Assembly (NCBI GenBank): GCA_041389085.1
Contig: JAWKSL010000003.1
Location: forward strand, 1 to 59,473
DNA length: 59,473 bases
Direction of reading: 5' to 3'
Source: Minisyncoccota bacterium
GTDB lineage: Bacteria > Patescibacteriota > Minisyncoccia > UBA6257 > 1-14-0-10-44-23
Shown: in pieces, positions 22,984 to 34,371 of the stretch
Layout: each line of letters starts with the position of its first letter
Numbering within the stretch: the stretch's first letter is position 1
Notes under the pieces: model-generated
Told to the model about the DNA's origin: nothing
Databases searched by the model: none
The model's input: the letters and a program-made list of their open reading frames with translations, nothing else
Position numbers and translations under genes: made by a program

Positions 22984-24630
22984 ATGACTTTATTTCTTAT
23001 CTCACTTCTTGCTGGAGTGCTTACCGTGCTTGCACCCTGCATACTGCCGCTTTTGCCGGTAGTTATCGGTGGGTCGCTCACGGGCGACAAGCCAAGTGGT
23101 AAAAAGGCCTTTGTAATTATTACCTCTTTGGCAGTTTCTGTTATTGCCTTCACATTACTTCTTAAGGCGAGCACTGCCCTTATCGACATACCAGAGAGCT
23201 TTTGGAAGACACTTTCTGGAGGGATAGTTCTCATCTTTGGACTCATAACCCTTTTCCCTACTTTGTGGGAGAAAATGCCGTTTGTGCAGCGTGCGAGTGC
23301 TGGCTCAAACAAGCTTATGGGTAAGGGCTTTCAGAAAGGAGGGTTTATGGGCGAAGTTATTATGGGTGCTTCTCTTGGCCCTATCTTTACTACCTGCAGC
23401 CCTACTTACTTCCTTGTTCTTGCAAGTGTACTCCCTGAAAGCTTTGCTCTTGGAATGGTTTACCTACTTGCTTACACTATTGGTCTTTCACTTTCTTTAG
23501 CGCTTATTGCAGTGCTTGGGCAGAAGCTTGCTCACAAGCTCGGAGTTCTTTCAAATCCACATGGATGGTTTAAGCGCTTCCTTGGCCTACTTTTTCTTCT
23601 GCTTGGTATCGCTATCATCTCTGGGTTCGATAAGAAAATTGAAGCAAAGATTTTGGAGGCTGGGTTTTTCGACATAACTAAAATCGAGCAATCGCTTCTT
23701 AATTCAGACTCTGAATCAAAACCGCGTGCTGACCTTCCTATGGCTCCTGAGCTAACTGGAATTGCAGATACCTTTAACTCTGATTCAGAGGTGCTCCTTG
23801 AGAACTATCGAGGGAACACCGTAGTGCTTCTCGACTTCTGGACTTACAGCTGCATAAACTGCCAGCGCACTATTCCCTACCTCAACGATTGGTACGACAA
23901 GTACCACGACCAGGGGCTTGAGATAATTGGGGTACACACTCCAGAGTTTGCCTTTGAAAAACTTCCGGAAAACGTAGCTTCTGCTATCGAAAAGTTTGAG
24001 ATTGAGTATCCGGTAGTGCTTGATAACGACTACGCTACCTGGAGAGCTTTCGGAAACCGCTATTGGCCGCGCAAGTACCTTATCAATGAATTTGGTCAGA
24101 TTGTTTACGACCACATTGGCGAAGGTGCATACGACGAGACTGAAAAGGAAATTCAGAAAGCTCTCAAGGCCCTTAACGGTTCAGTATCTAGTAAAAAGAC
24201 TGATGTAGAGGCAGTTTCTGTAGACTTTTCTAAGGTTAAAAGCCCTGAAACGTACTTTGGCGCAGGCCGAAATGAATATCTTGCAAATGGTACTCCACAC
24301 ACTGCTGGGCCTTCTAACTTCGTGATCCCGGATGACACAGAAACGAATGCGCTCTACCTTGGCGGTGGTTGGGAAATTTTTGAGGAGTATGCGCACGCTG
24401 CCTCTGAGCCTTCTGTCTACTACAAGTTTGAAGCTAAAAATGTGTACGTAGTGGCTCGCAGTAAAGCTGGCGGCAGCATTCGTGTTTTCCTCGATGGTGA
24501 GCTTATAAAGACTGTAAACGTTCAGGAGGAAGAGCTCTATCAGCTTATCGAGCTTGAGGAGTATGGTGAGCACGAACTCATCCTCGATGTGGATAGCAAC
24601 ATAGACCTTTTCGCCTTCACCTTTGGGTAG
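22984..24630 (+). CDS. DipZ-like protein: CcdA/DsbD transmembrane domain + thioredoxin-like (redoxin) domain + C-terminal beta domain
   Basis: Start at MTLFLISLLAGVLTVLAPCILPLLP (the CcdA motif with Cys). A second Cys lies in TTCSPTY, and the redoxin domain carries WTYSCINCQ. Confidence 0.8.
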   Translation: MTLFLISLLAGVLTVLAPCILPLLPVVIGGSLTGDKPSGKKAFVIITSLAVSVIAFTLLLKASTALIDIPESFWKTLSGGIVLIFGLITLFPTLWEKMPFVQRASAGSNKLMGKGFQKGGFMGEVIMGASLGPIFTTCSPTYFLVLASVLPESFALGMVYLLAYTIGLSLSLALIAVLGQKLAHKLGVLSNPHGWFKRFLGLLFLLLGIAIISGFDKKIEAKILEAGFFDITKIEQSLLNSDSESKPRADLPMAPELTGIADTFNSDSEVLLENYRGNTVVLLDFWTYSCINCQRTIPYLNDWYDKYHDQGLEIIGVHTPEFAFEKLPENVASAIEKFEIEYPVVLDNDYATWRAFGNRYWPRKYLINEFGQIVYDHIGEGAYDETEKEIQKALKALNGSVSSKKTDVEAVSVDFSKVKSPETYFGAGRNEYLANGTPHTAGPSNFVIPDDTETNALYLGGGWEIFEEYAHAASEPSVYYKFEAKNVYVVARSKAGGSIRVFLDGELIKTVNVQEEELYQLIELEEYGEHELILDVDSNIDLFAFTFG

Positions 24631-24637
24631 TAACAAA

Positions 24638-24662
24638 AAAAACCGCCAAATGGCGGTTTTTT
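24638..24662 (+). terminator. Intrinsic terminator
   Basis: AAAAAAAA-CCGCC-AAAT-GGCGG-TTTTTT. Confidence 0.8.
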
Positions 24663-24694
24663 ATATTACTAATTTTACCATTCAACTCGTTTTA

Positions 24695-25339
24695 CTATTC
24701 AGCTCGTAGAGTTTGAGCTATCTCTGAAAGAATTTCAGCGTCATAATGAGCCGTAAAAATTATAGCGTTTGTATATGAGCCATCCCCGGATAGCTCTGGC
24801 TTGTCGTAGAGAGCGTAGTAGCCTTTGCTTATGGCCGGGATGTCGTCGAACCCTGGATACTCATATTGATAGGCGTAGACCTCAACCCCATCTCCTTGCT
24901 TCACTAGAGTTTCTTCATATTTGGAGCGGGTTTTTAGTTCGTTTACCTTGATCAGATTTGAATAATTCTCCCATGTGATAGGTGTAATACTTCCGCCTAT
25001 TGGTCTGTTATATACTGGGCCTGAGTTCATAAACCCCTCCGATCTGAATCCAGATTCGCCCGGATAAACATAGTAAATGTGCCACCCGACTGGATAATCA
25101 AAAAGAAGATTTTGATCCTTCATTGTACTCCATGCCGTGGATTCTTTTTGTTCTGGAGCTTGCTCGGTTAGAGGAATTGTTTCTATTTCCTCCACTGCTG
25201 GCTCAGGACTGGTTAGTAGTTTTCCACCGATAAATCCTAGCCCTAAACATATTACGGATAGCGCTATGATTAGTGCTATCGGTGCTGATTTTTTCGGCTC
25301 CACAGGCATTTGCATAGGAGCTTGATTGTTTTGTTCCAT
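24695..25339 (-). CDS. Hypothetical membrane-anchored exported protein
   Basis: ORF 24695..25357. The likely start is MEQNNQ. It has one TM helix and an extracytoplasmic domain. Confidence 0.6.
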   Translation of the reverse strand: MEQNNQAPMQMPVEPKKSAPIALIIALSVICLGLGFIGGKLLTSPEPAVEEIETIPLTEQAPEQKESTAWSTMKDQNLLFDYPVGWHIYYVYPGESGFRSEGFMNSGPVYNRPIGGSITPITWENYSNLIKVNELKTRSKYEETLVKQGDGVEVYAYQYEYPGFDDIPAISKGYYALYDKPELSGDGSYTNAIIFTAHYDAEILSEIAQTLRAE

Positions 25340-25379
25340 ATTTTTACATCGTAACACCTATTTTTCTATCTTTCTACAC

Positions 25380-25539
25380 TTTAACGGCTCACGCGGCCAA
25401 AGGCTCATGAATACTGCATCTCTGGCCACTTCTTTAACGGCTCACACGTACGTGTGAGCCGTTAAACTAGCTAGGCATCCCTAGTCTTGGCTGTCTTTCG
25501 CCCTTGCGGGCTCAAGACGAAGACTGTGAAGCCGTTAAA
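25380..25539. repeat. Palindromic TIR-bearing repeat element, locus A
   Basis: TTTAACGGCTCAC occurs at 25380 and 25433. There is a perfect 34-nt palindrome TTTAACGGCTCACACGTACGTGTGAGCCGTTAAA (25433-25466). The right module ends in GTGAAGCCGTTAAA (25526-25539). Confidence 0.85.
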
Positions 25540-25564
25540 CGCTCTTTCGGTTTATACTTAAGAT

Positions 25565-26176
25565 ATGAACTTTTTACAGGCTGTGCGGAAAAATTTGGGC
25601 GTATTAGTTTTTTCTGCAATTTATACTGTGGCGTTTGCCACCTACTACATTTATCAGGGTGACTTCGAGTTTCTTTGGTATGTTGCTGTGCTGGTTGGGC
25701 TCTTTTTACTAATACTATTTACCTTAAACCGCTCAAAGTTTGACCGAGTGGCGCTTTGGGGGCTTTCGCTCTGGGGCTTACTCCACATGGCGGGTGGCGG
25801 AATTGTCATTGGTGGGAATGTTTTGTATGCGTTTACCCTTATTCCTTTCGTTACCGATGGAGAGATGACTATTTTAAAGTACGACCAGTTTGTGCACATG
25901 TTTGGGTTTGGTGTAGCGACTGTGGTTGGCTGGCAACTGCTCTCCCCTCACCTTCTTAAAACTTTTAGTAGAAAGGCTATTTATTTCTTACTGATATTGA
26001 TTGGTGCTGGGTTTGGGGTTTTAAACGAAATAGTGGAGTTTATCGCTGTACTTTCTTTCCCTGAAACTGGCGTTGGTGGATATGTAAACACAAGCTTAGA
26101 CCTCGTATCAAACACTGTTGGTGCTATCGCTGCAGTCTTCTTTATTCACTACTACTACGTTAAAAAACTTCGTTAA
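25565..26176 (+). CDS. Integral membrane protein (about 6 TM; possibly DUF2238-like)
   Basis: 203-aa hydrophobic ORF. The family assignment is tentative. Confidence 0.6.
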   Translation: MNFLQAVRKNLGVLVFSAIYTVAFATYYIYQGDFEFLWYVAVLVGLFLLILFTLNRSKFDRVALWGLSLWGLLHMAGGGIVIGGNVLYAFTLIPFVTDGEMTILKYDQFVHMFGFGVATVVGWQLLSPHLLKTFSRKAIYFLLILIGAGFGVLNEIVEFIAVLSFPETGVGGYVNTSLDLVSNTVGAIAAVFFIHYYYVKKLR

Positions 26177-27081
26177 TGAAGAAGCGCGTTGTTATAGCTG
26201 GGGGTTCTGGTTTTTTAGGAACAAATATTTCCTCTGAACTTTTGGCGCGTGGATACGAAGTTGTCAGTCTTGATCTTTTTCCTCCTCGACTAAAAGAGGT
26301 TGCTTTTGTGGAATCAAATACTGCGGTAAAAATTTCTCACCACGAAAAGCTTAAGCACCCTTTTGCAGTTATAAACCTCACTGGGCGACCAATCTTTGCT
26401 CGCTGGAACGAGACGGTGAAGGATCAGATATACTCAAGCCGTATTTCTACTACAAAAAACCTTGTTTCACTTTTTAAGCTTGAAGAGTTTCGGCCTAAAG
26501 TATTTTTAAGTGCGAGTGCTGTCGGTTTTTTCGGTGATGGCGGCGAAAGACTTTTCAAAGAAAGTAGTGAGGTGGGCCAGACATTTTTAGCAAAGGTGTG
26601 TCGTGACTGGGAGGCTGAGGCGCTCAAGGCTCAAGAGTTTGGCATTCGCACCTGTATAATGCGGAATGCAACCATTTTAGGTAAGGCGGGAATGCTTTCT
26701 AAGCTCGCGCCGTTTTATAAGGCTGGTTTGGGAGGGCCGCTTGGCAGCGGTGAGCAATGGTTTCCGTGGGTACACATACACGACTGTGCGCTCGCTTACG
26801 TTTGGGCTCTTACCCATACTGACTTTTCCGGGAAGGTAAACGTGTGTGCACCAGAGCTTGTACGCAATCGTGACTTTTCTCAGGCTTTTGCTCAAGCACT
26901 GCACCGCCCACACTTTTTACGTATTCCTCAGTTTTCTCTTAGACTTTTATACGGTGAGCTTGCTGACGAAATACTGCTCAGCGCAAAAGTAGGCTCTCGA
27001 CTTACCAACGAGCTTAAATTTCACTTCCAATTCCCTACTCTCAAGGGAGCTTTGGAAAATATTATTGATTCTGATAAATAG
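26176..27081 (+). CDS. TIGR01777-family NAD-dependent epimerase-like protein (SDR with DUF1731 C-terminus)
   Basis: VVIAGGSGFLGTNI Rossmann motif. 301 aa with a C-terminal KFHFQFPTLKGAL. Confidence 0.75.
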   Translation: MKKRVVIAGGSGFLGTNISSELLARGYEVVSLDLFPPRLKEVAFVESNTAVKISHHEKLKHPFAVINLTGRPIFARWNETVKDQIYSSRISTTKNLVSLFKLEEFRPKVFLSASAVGFFGDGGERLFKESSEVGQTFLAKVCRDWEAEALKAQEFGIRTCIMRNATILGKAGMLSKLAPFYKAGLGGPLGSGEQWFPWVHIHDCALAYVWALTHTDFSGKVNVCAPELVRNRDFSQAFAQALHRPHFLRIPQFSLRLLYGELADEILLSAKVGSRLTNELKFHFQFPTLKGALENIIDSDK

Positions 27082-28462
27082 TTGCCAGGCTGAAGAGATC
27101 TTCTTCGTGCCAGTGTGGAGCGATAAGCTGGAAGTTTCCTGGAAGCGCTGCGTTTGTTTTTACGGGAACTGAAATAGCTGGAAGGCCTGCAAGGCTTGCT
27201 GGAATAGTAAGCACGTCGGCTAGATACATCGCGAGTGGGTCTTTAGCTCTTTCCCCAAGCTTGAATGCTTTTGTTGGTGCAACTGGAGTAAGAATAACGT
27301 CTACGCCTTTAAACGCTGCGGTAAAGTCGTCTGCTATATAGTCTTTCGCTTGAAGTGCCTTTTTGTAGTAGGCGTCGTAGTAGCCTGAACTAAGCACAAA
27401 GGTACCGAGCATAATACGACGCTTGGTTTCTTCTCCAAATCCGAGCGTTTTGCTTTGCTTATATATTTTTTCGAGCGTATCGGTTGAAACTTGCGCGTCG
27501 CGTGAGTAGCGAACTGCATCGTAGCGAGCAAGGTTTGAGCTCACTTCGGCTGGATTGATTATGTAGTAGGCTGAAAGCGCGTACTTAGTGTGTGGGAGCG
27601 AAATTTCTTTGATTTCAAAGCTTTTATTTTTATAGAAGTCGATAACTGACTGAACTTCTTTTGCTACTTCTGGGTCTAGACCCTCGGTGAAATACTCTTT
27701 TGGAATACCAATAACAGGGTTTTTCTTTGCTCCTTTAAAATCAGCTGTGCGGCTTGTGTTATCGTAAGCGTCTTTGCCTTTAATTGCATTGAAAACTATT
27801 TTTGCGTCTTCAACTGTTTTAGTAATTGGCCCTATTTGGTCGAGGCTGCTTGCCATAGCCATAAGCCCATAACGGCTTACTGCGCCGTAGGTTGGCTTTA
27901 GCCCAACCACGCCACAAAAGTGTGCTGGCTGGCGTATAGAGCCCCCTGTGTCGCTTCCAAGGGCCACTACGGCCATATCTGCGGCTACCGCTGCTGCGCT
28001 TCCTCCTGATGAGCCTCCTGATACACGTGTTACATCGTGTGGATTGAGCGTTGGTCCATAGGCGCTGTTTTCGGTTGAAGCTCCCATAGCAAACTCATCC
28101 ATGTTTGCTTGGCCGATAAAAATCGAACCAGCCTTTTTAAGCTTTCGGGTTACTGTAGCATCGTAGACTGCCTTATAGTCTTTGAGAATTTTTGATGCAG
28201 AGCTTGCAATGTGCCCTTCTATAAGAAGGTTGTCTTTCATAGCAATTGGCGCCGCCATAAGCGGACTCACCTCTTTGCCTGCCGCTATGCTTTCGTCGAG
28301 GGCTTGTGCATTTGCTCTTGCATCGTCAGCAAAAATCTCAAGATACACATTAAGCTCTGCGTTTTTTTGATTTGCCCTCTCTAGGTACTGCTCGGTAAGC
28401 TCTTTTGCACTAAACTGCTTTTCTTTGAGCCCTTTTTCAATAGATTTTAGGGTATAGCTCAT
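27062..28462 (-). CDS. gatA: Glutamyl-tRNA(Gln) amidotransferase subunit A
   Basis: Amidase signature [13 protein letters not shown]...[12 protein letters not shown]. 466 aa, immediately downstream of gatC. Confidence 0.92.
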   Translation of the reverse strand: MSYTLKSIEKGLKEKQFSAKELTEQYLERANQKNAELNVYLEIFADDARANAQALDESIAAGKEVSPLMAAPIAMKDNLLIEGHIASSASKILKDYKAVYDATVTRKLKKAGSIFIGQANMDEFAMGASTENSAYGPTLNPHDVTRVSGGSSGGSAAAVAADMAVVALGSDTGGSIRQPAHFCGVVGLKPTYGAVSRYGLMAMASSLDQIGPITKTVEDAKIVFNAIKGKDAYDNTSRTADFKGAKKNPVIGIPKEYFTEGLDPEVAKEVQSVIDFYKNKSFEIKEISLPHTKYALSAYYIINPAEVSSNLARYDAVRYSRDAQVSTDTLEKIYKQSKTLGFGEETKRRIMLGTFVLSSGYYDAYYKKALQAKDYIADDFTAAFKGVDVILTPVAPTKAFKLGERAKDPLAMYLADVLTIPASLAGLPAISVPVKTNAALPGNFQLIAPHWHEEDLFSLATIYQNQ

Positions 28463-28464
28463 AC

Positions 28465-28761
28465 TTACTCTTCCTTTTTAAATACGTGTGGAACTACAAG
28501 GCTTGTACCTTGTTTTTCTGGAAACTGCTCCTTTACTGCTTCCTGCCCTACAAACTCAGGGTGAATAATATCGCTGTCTTTTCGAAGCTCCTGTCTTTCA
28601 GCTGAGAGTTGGCTTTGGCTTCTATCTTCAAGCTCTTTAAGCTCTTCGAAGTGGCTAAGGATTTTGTTGAAGTCTTCTGTGAGTGCAGCTTCCTTTTCTG
28701 GCTCTATTTCAAGCTTTGATAGGTTTGCAAGGTTTTCGAGCTGCTCTTTGGTTATTTCCAT
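28465..28761 (-). CDS. gatC: Glutamyl-tRNA(Gln) amidotransferase subunit C
   Basis: Start chosen at MEITKEQLENLANLSKLEI (98 aa). The upstream extension in the ORF track is unlikely. Confidence 0.8.
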   Translation of the reverse strand: MEITKEQLENLANLSKLEIEPEKEAALTEDFNKILSHFEELKELEDRSQSQLSAERQELRKDSDIIHPEFVGQEAVKEQFPEKQGTSLVVPHVFKKEE

Positions 28762-28959
28762 ATGAGCTAAGGATATAGATAAAAGGGGTAAGAGACAAGA
28801 TTTGAGTTTTTGAATAAATGCGCTAGTGTAACTTTGTTGCGAACTTGCCTGCCTGTCGTAACACTCGCTTGTCGCACTCACGTGCGTTGTTCTTTGAAAA
28901 GCCCGCTACACCTGCAGGCACTCGCGCCGGGCTGCCCTTTGTGGTGGCTCGGCGCTCTT

Positions 28960-30972
<2,013 letters not shown>

Positions 30973-31060
30973 TTAGGCCTATTTTAGCCTAAATTAGGCC
31001 TTTTGGGAGGGTTTTAGAGTCCTTGTTCGCTGCAGGTCTGCTGGTCTAAATAGCCCAAAT

Positions 31061-31420
31061 TTAGGTAAATGCGCGGGCGCTACGGCCTGATACTCCTGTA
31101 GCCCTTACTACCACTTCTGGTTCTCCGTCTTCATTGTTTACTCGCTCTACTTCCGTAGTGATTTCTGCATCATTTTCGAGCGTTCCTGGGGCTGCTTCGT
31201 TGCAGGCAGATGAATTTTCTTGCCCGACATAGAAGCGGTAGAGTTCGTACTCAATGCCCGCGTCTGCTGCAAAAATAGCTTCGGCACTTTGGTTTGCGTT
31301 GCTCGACTGGCGAATTTGATAAACCATCAAAAGCCCGGCAAGCGTTGTTGCAGCAAGGAGCGTTCCTGACAGAACGAGCGTTGTAAGAAGCATAACTTGT
31401 CCGTTTTCTTTGGCTTTCAT
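31061..31420 (-). CDS. PilX-like pilus assembly protein
   Basis: 119 aa with an N-terminal hydrophobic segment GQVMLLTTLVLSGTLLAATTLAGLLM. Last gene of the minor pilin row. Confidence 0.55.
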   Translation of the reverse strand: MKAKENGQVMLLTTLVLSGTLLAATTLAGLLMVYQIRQSSNANQSAEAIFAADAGIEYELYRFYVGQENSSACNEAAPGTLENDAEITTEVERVNNEDGEPEVVVRATGVSGRSARAFT

Positions 31421-31421
31421 A

Positions 31422-31919
31422 CTAATTGTTTAGTGGGCGTACGCTCACCGTTGTTTGTATTTGGCTTTTTACTTCGCTTATGTCTTGAGTGTTTTCTGGA
31501 AGACCAACCTGCAAGAGAATTGTGACTCGTGGAACTTGGTTTGTAGCGCCTATAACAAACTCAAGGTTATCTACATAGACTCCTTCAGCTGTAAGGGGCA
31601 ATGTTTGGCCGTAAATTGTTTCTTGTATTCTGTTTTCTGAAAGAAAATAACGTACGTCTTCGCCTCGAGCATTGGTAAAGGTAAGGTCTTGATATGTACC
31701 GCTTGATGGGAAGTCTGTACCGGTACGAATTTCCCTCGCAAGACGCTCAAGTGTAATGCTGGTGTTTTCGTTTACCTCAATAAGCTTCACTACTGCTCGC
31801 TGCGCTCTGAGTGAACGGATGAAAATAGTTGAGGCAATTGAGATAACTACCGCAAATATAGCCATTGCGACGAGCAGCTCTGCTACCGTAAACCCTTTTT
31901 GATTCTGTATCTTTTTCAT
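31422..31919 (-). CDS. Minor pilin (prepilin-type N-terminal cleavage/methylation domain)
   Basis: KGFTVAELLVAMAIFAVV class III signal. Confidence 0.8.
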   Translation of the reverse strand: MKKIQNQKGFTVAELLVAMAIFAVVISIASTIFIRSLRAQRAVVKLIEVNENTSITLERLAREIRTGTDFPSSGTYQDLTFTNARGEDVRYFLSENRIQETIYGQTLPLTAEGVYVDNLEFVIGATNQVPRVTILLQVGLPENTQDISEVKSQIQTTVSVRPLNN

Positions 31920-31920
31920 A

Positions 31921-32436
31921 CTATTGGCAGTTTATTCCCGTTGGGCGCCAGTTATAAAAATGGTCTTCGAGCACTGTTTCGAAATTTGCATTTCCGCGCG
32001 TCTCCCACTGAACTAGGCTTACAACTTTTAGGTGGTTTGCTGTTATTGGATCGAGTGTAACTGATCTATAGAACTTTGTTGGCTGACCGCCCGAATAGTG
32101 AGAGTACATAGTGCCGTCAAAATTGAGCTGAGCTGGGCCGTTGGTTTGCGTAAGGGTTTGAGAGCCGAAAAGCTGCGTGTCGTAGTTTACTTGGTACTCA
32201 CCTGCGGTATTTACTCCTTGATTCCACGGTTCGCAGTGAGTGAGCACGTTTGTATCGACAATGTTTTTGATTACTTCTATGCCTTCGGCAGCCAGGTAGG
32301 TGCCAACATACTGGTCGTTTACTACTCTATTCAGTGAAAGGGAGCGTGATACGAGCGTGAAAATGCCTAAAATCGATATAACAATAACGGTTATAGCGAC
32401 GAGAGACTCTATTAGTAATTGTCCTTTATTGTTCAT
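31921..32436 (-). CDS. Minor pilin-like protein
   Basis: The N-terminus NNKGQLLIESLVAITVIV is a degenerate prepilin signal. Confidence 0.65.
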   Translation of the reverse strand: MNNKGQLLIESLVAITVIVISILGIFTLVSRSLSLNRVVNDQYVGTYLAAEGIEVIKNIVDTNVLTHCEPWNQGVNTAGEYQVNYDTQLFGSQTLTQTNGPAQLNFDGTMYSHYSGGQPTKFYRSVTLDPITANHLKVVSLVQWETRGNANFETVLEDHFYNWRPTGINCQ

Positions 32437-33031
32437 GGCTTAGGCTACTTATTTGTCCGAGTTGGTTTACCGACACTGAAAGTGTGTCGCCGGTACTGAT
32501 CAGCTCGAGGGTAATTTCTCTTTCGCTATTTCCTGCCGCTGCAATGTTTCCATCAAAATAGAGGTCTGGCTTTGGCGGTAGGAAAAGAATTGTTGTGTCA
32601 GTGCTTTCTTGGCGGATCTCTACTTGTGGGTCGAGGGTAAAGGTATCAAGCTCTTCACTTGCTTCAACTGGCCCAAAAAGCTTGTTGTTTCCATTGCACT
32701 CGTCGTTTGTTGTTGGTAAGTCTTTAAAAACAGTGAATGTGCGCTGATCTACGATATAAATACCGTAGCCGCAGACTTTCTCTCCCTCTTCTTTAAACAA
32801 AGTTGCTGTAAGAGAGCGAGCGCGTGCAATTTCTTGCATGACGCGAGCGCGTTCTTTAAAGAGAATGATTTGCTCTCCTCCTCTGCGCGAATATCCAAGA
32901 GAAATAGAAAGAAGTGAAACCATAATCCCTATGGCCACCATAACTTCTATAAGAGTAAAACCTCTCGACAAGCTCGAGGCACGTGCTCGTCGATGATTTA
33001 GTTTGTGGCTTTTTGGCTTTTGATTATGCAT
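32426..33031 (-). CDS. Minor pilin (GspH/FimT-like)
   Basis: RGFTLIEVMVAIGIMV class III signal. Confidence 0.8.
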   Translation of the reverse strand: MHNQKPKSHKLNHRRARASSLSRGFTLIEVMVAIGIMVSLLSISLGYSRRGGEQIILFKERARVMQEIARARSLTATLFKEEGEKVCGYGIYIVDQRTFTVFKDLPTTNDECNGNNKLFGPVEASEELDTFTLDPQVEIRQESTDTTILFLPPKPDLYFDGNIAAAGNSEREITLELISTGDTLSVSVNQLGQISSLSHEQ

Positions 33032-33901
33032 TTAGATTAATGAGAAGTACCAGCGAATAAACTCGCCTCCATAAGTAATTGTAGCAAAGAGTGCGAGGGC
33101 TAAAAATGGGCCAAACGGTACTGCTTGTTTTAGTTTTTTCTTTTTCTGGATTAGTAGTGGGAGCGAAATGAGCGAGCCAATAATAAATGACGATGAAATA
33201 AGCAGAATAATGTCTGGCCAGCCAACGGCGAGTGCGAGAGCGGGTGCGAGCTTTAAGTCTCCCATGCCCATTCCCCTTCCTTTTGTAACGGCAATGATAA
33301 GCGCAAAAAATCCGGCTGCAAAAAGCACTGCAACGAGAAGCGAAACGATTGGTGTGCTGCTAAAGCCGAAGATGCTGGCGTAGCTTTTGAAAAATGAACC
33401 GTTGAACTCTGGCTTGAGAAGTGCGAGACGGACAATCGCTATAGCAAGCGCGTTTATAAAGAGAAATACATTGAGCCTGTCAGGGATAATGCTGTACTTA
33501 AGGTCTATAAGACTCATTAAGAGCAGTGCGTAGATGAAGGTAAGCCAGAGTCCCGCAAGAATAAGCTGCTCCGCACTTGGCGCTGTAAGGCTCAGCCATG
33601 CGTTTTTTGTGAGGGCGCAGATTGTTGCTGCGCCAACAATGCCGGCTACAACTTCAACTACTGGATAGCGAAGAGACAACGCCTTTTTACATGATCGGCA
33701 TTTGCCGCGCTGCAACAAAAAGCTTATAAGCGGAATGAGCTCATACCAGCTGAGTGTTTTTTTGCAGTATGGGCAGTGCGATCTCCCTGTAACTCTGTCG
33801 GACTTAAATATCTTCTCTCCTGGTTTGTAGCGAAGAGCTAAAACGTTAATAAAGCTTCCGACAAATAGTCCGAAAAAGAAAATCAGTGCGTAGAGTTGCA
33901 T
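33032..33901 (-). CDS. pilD: Prepilin peptidase (A24 family)
   Basis: CPYCKKTLSWYELIPLISFLLQRGKCRSCKK zinc-binding N-terminus and a polytopic membrane domain with GMGDLKL. Confidence 0.9.
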   Translation of the reverse strand: MQLYALIFFFGLFVGSFINVLALRYKPGEKIFKSDRVTGRSHCPYCKKTLSWYELIPLISFLLQRGKCRSCKKALSLRYPVVEVVAGIVGAATICALTKNAWLSLTAPSAEQLILAGLWLTFIYALLLMSLIDLKYSIIPDRLNVFLFINALAIAIVRLALLKPEFNGSFFKSYASIFGFSSTPIVSLLVAVLFAAGFFALIIAVTKGRGMGMGDLKLAPALALAVGWPDIILLISSSFIIGSLISLPLLIQKKKKLKQAVPFGPFLALALFATITYGGEFIRWYFSLI

Positions 33902-33912
33902 CCGCTTACGGA

Positions 33913-34351
33913 GCTACACAGAAGGCCTGTTCAAGTTTGCACCACAGCCGACTCCACCGATGTTGTCTACGATCGAATCTGCTTGGATTGAGGCGTTTTC
34001 GTTTTCAAGCTCAGCTTTAAGAATGTAGTCTTGTGGGCAACTACCGCTTGCTCCATATTCGTATGAAAAGCTCTCCTGGGTCGCGCGCTATTTGGCGCCT
34101 GAATATCTTCTCTTACTAGGTCTGTTTCAAGCGCATCCCAGCTTCCAACGTTTGATAGCAGCCTGTTTTTGTGTAGTAAAGCTCGAGTGCTTGTTGAGTT
34201 TGGCGAAGGTCGGTAACGCGGCAGTATCTCGTGCTCGTGAACGTGAGCTGTTAAGACCCACCAAAATAACTGATGAAAGAATACCGATAATTCCTACTAC
34301 GATAAGAACTTCGATGAGGGTAAATCCCTTTTTAGATTGTAGTTGTTTCAT
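33913..34351 (-). pseudogene. Major type IV pilin, frame-disrupted
   Basis: The gene starts MKQLQSKKGFTLIEVLIVVGIIGILSSV. Homologous continuations RVTDLRQTQQALELYYTKTGCY and FSYEYGASGSCPQDYILKAELENE lie in other frames, so there are at least 3 frame changes. Confidence 0.7.
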
Positions 34352-34371
34352 ATGATTAGTTTAATTGTACC

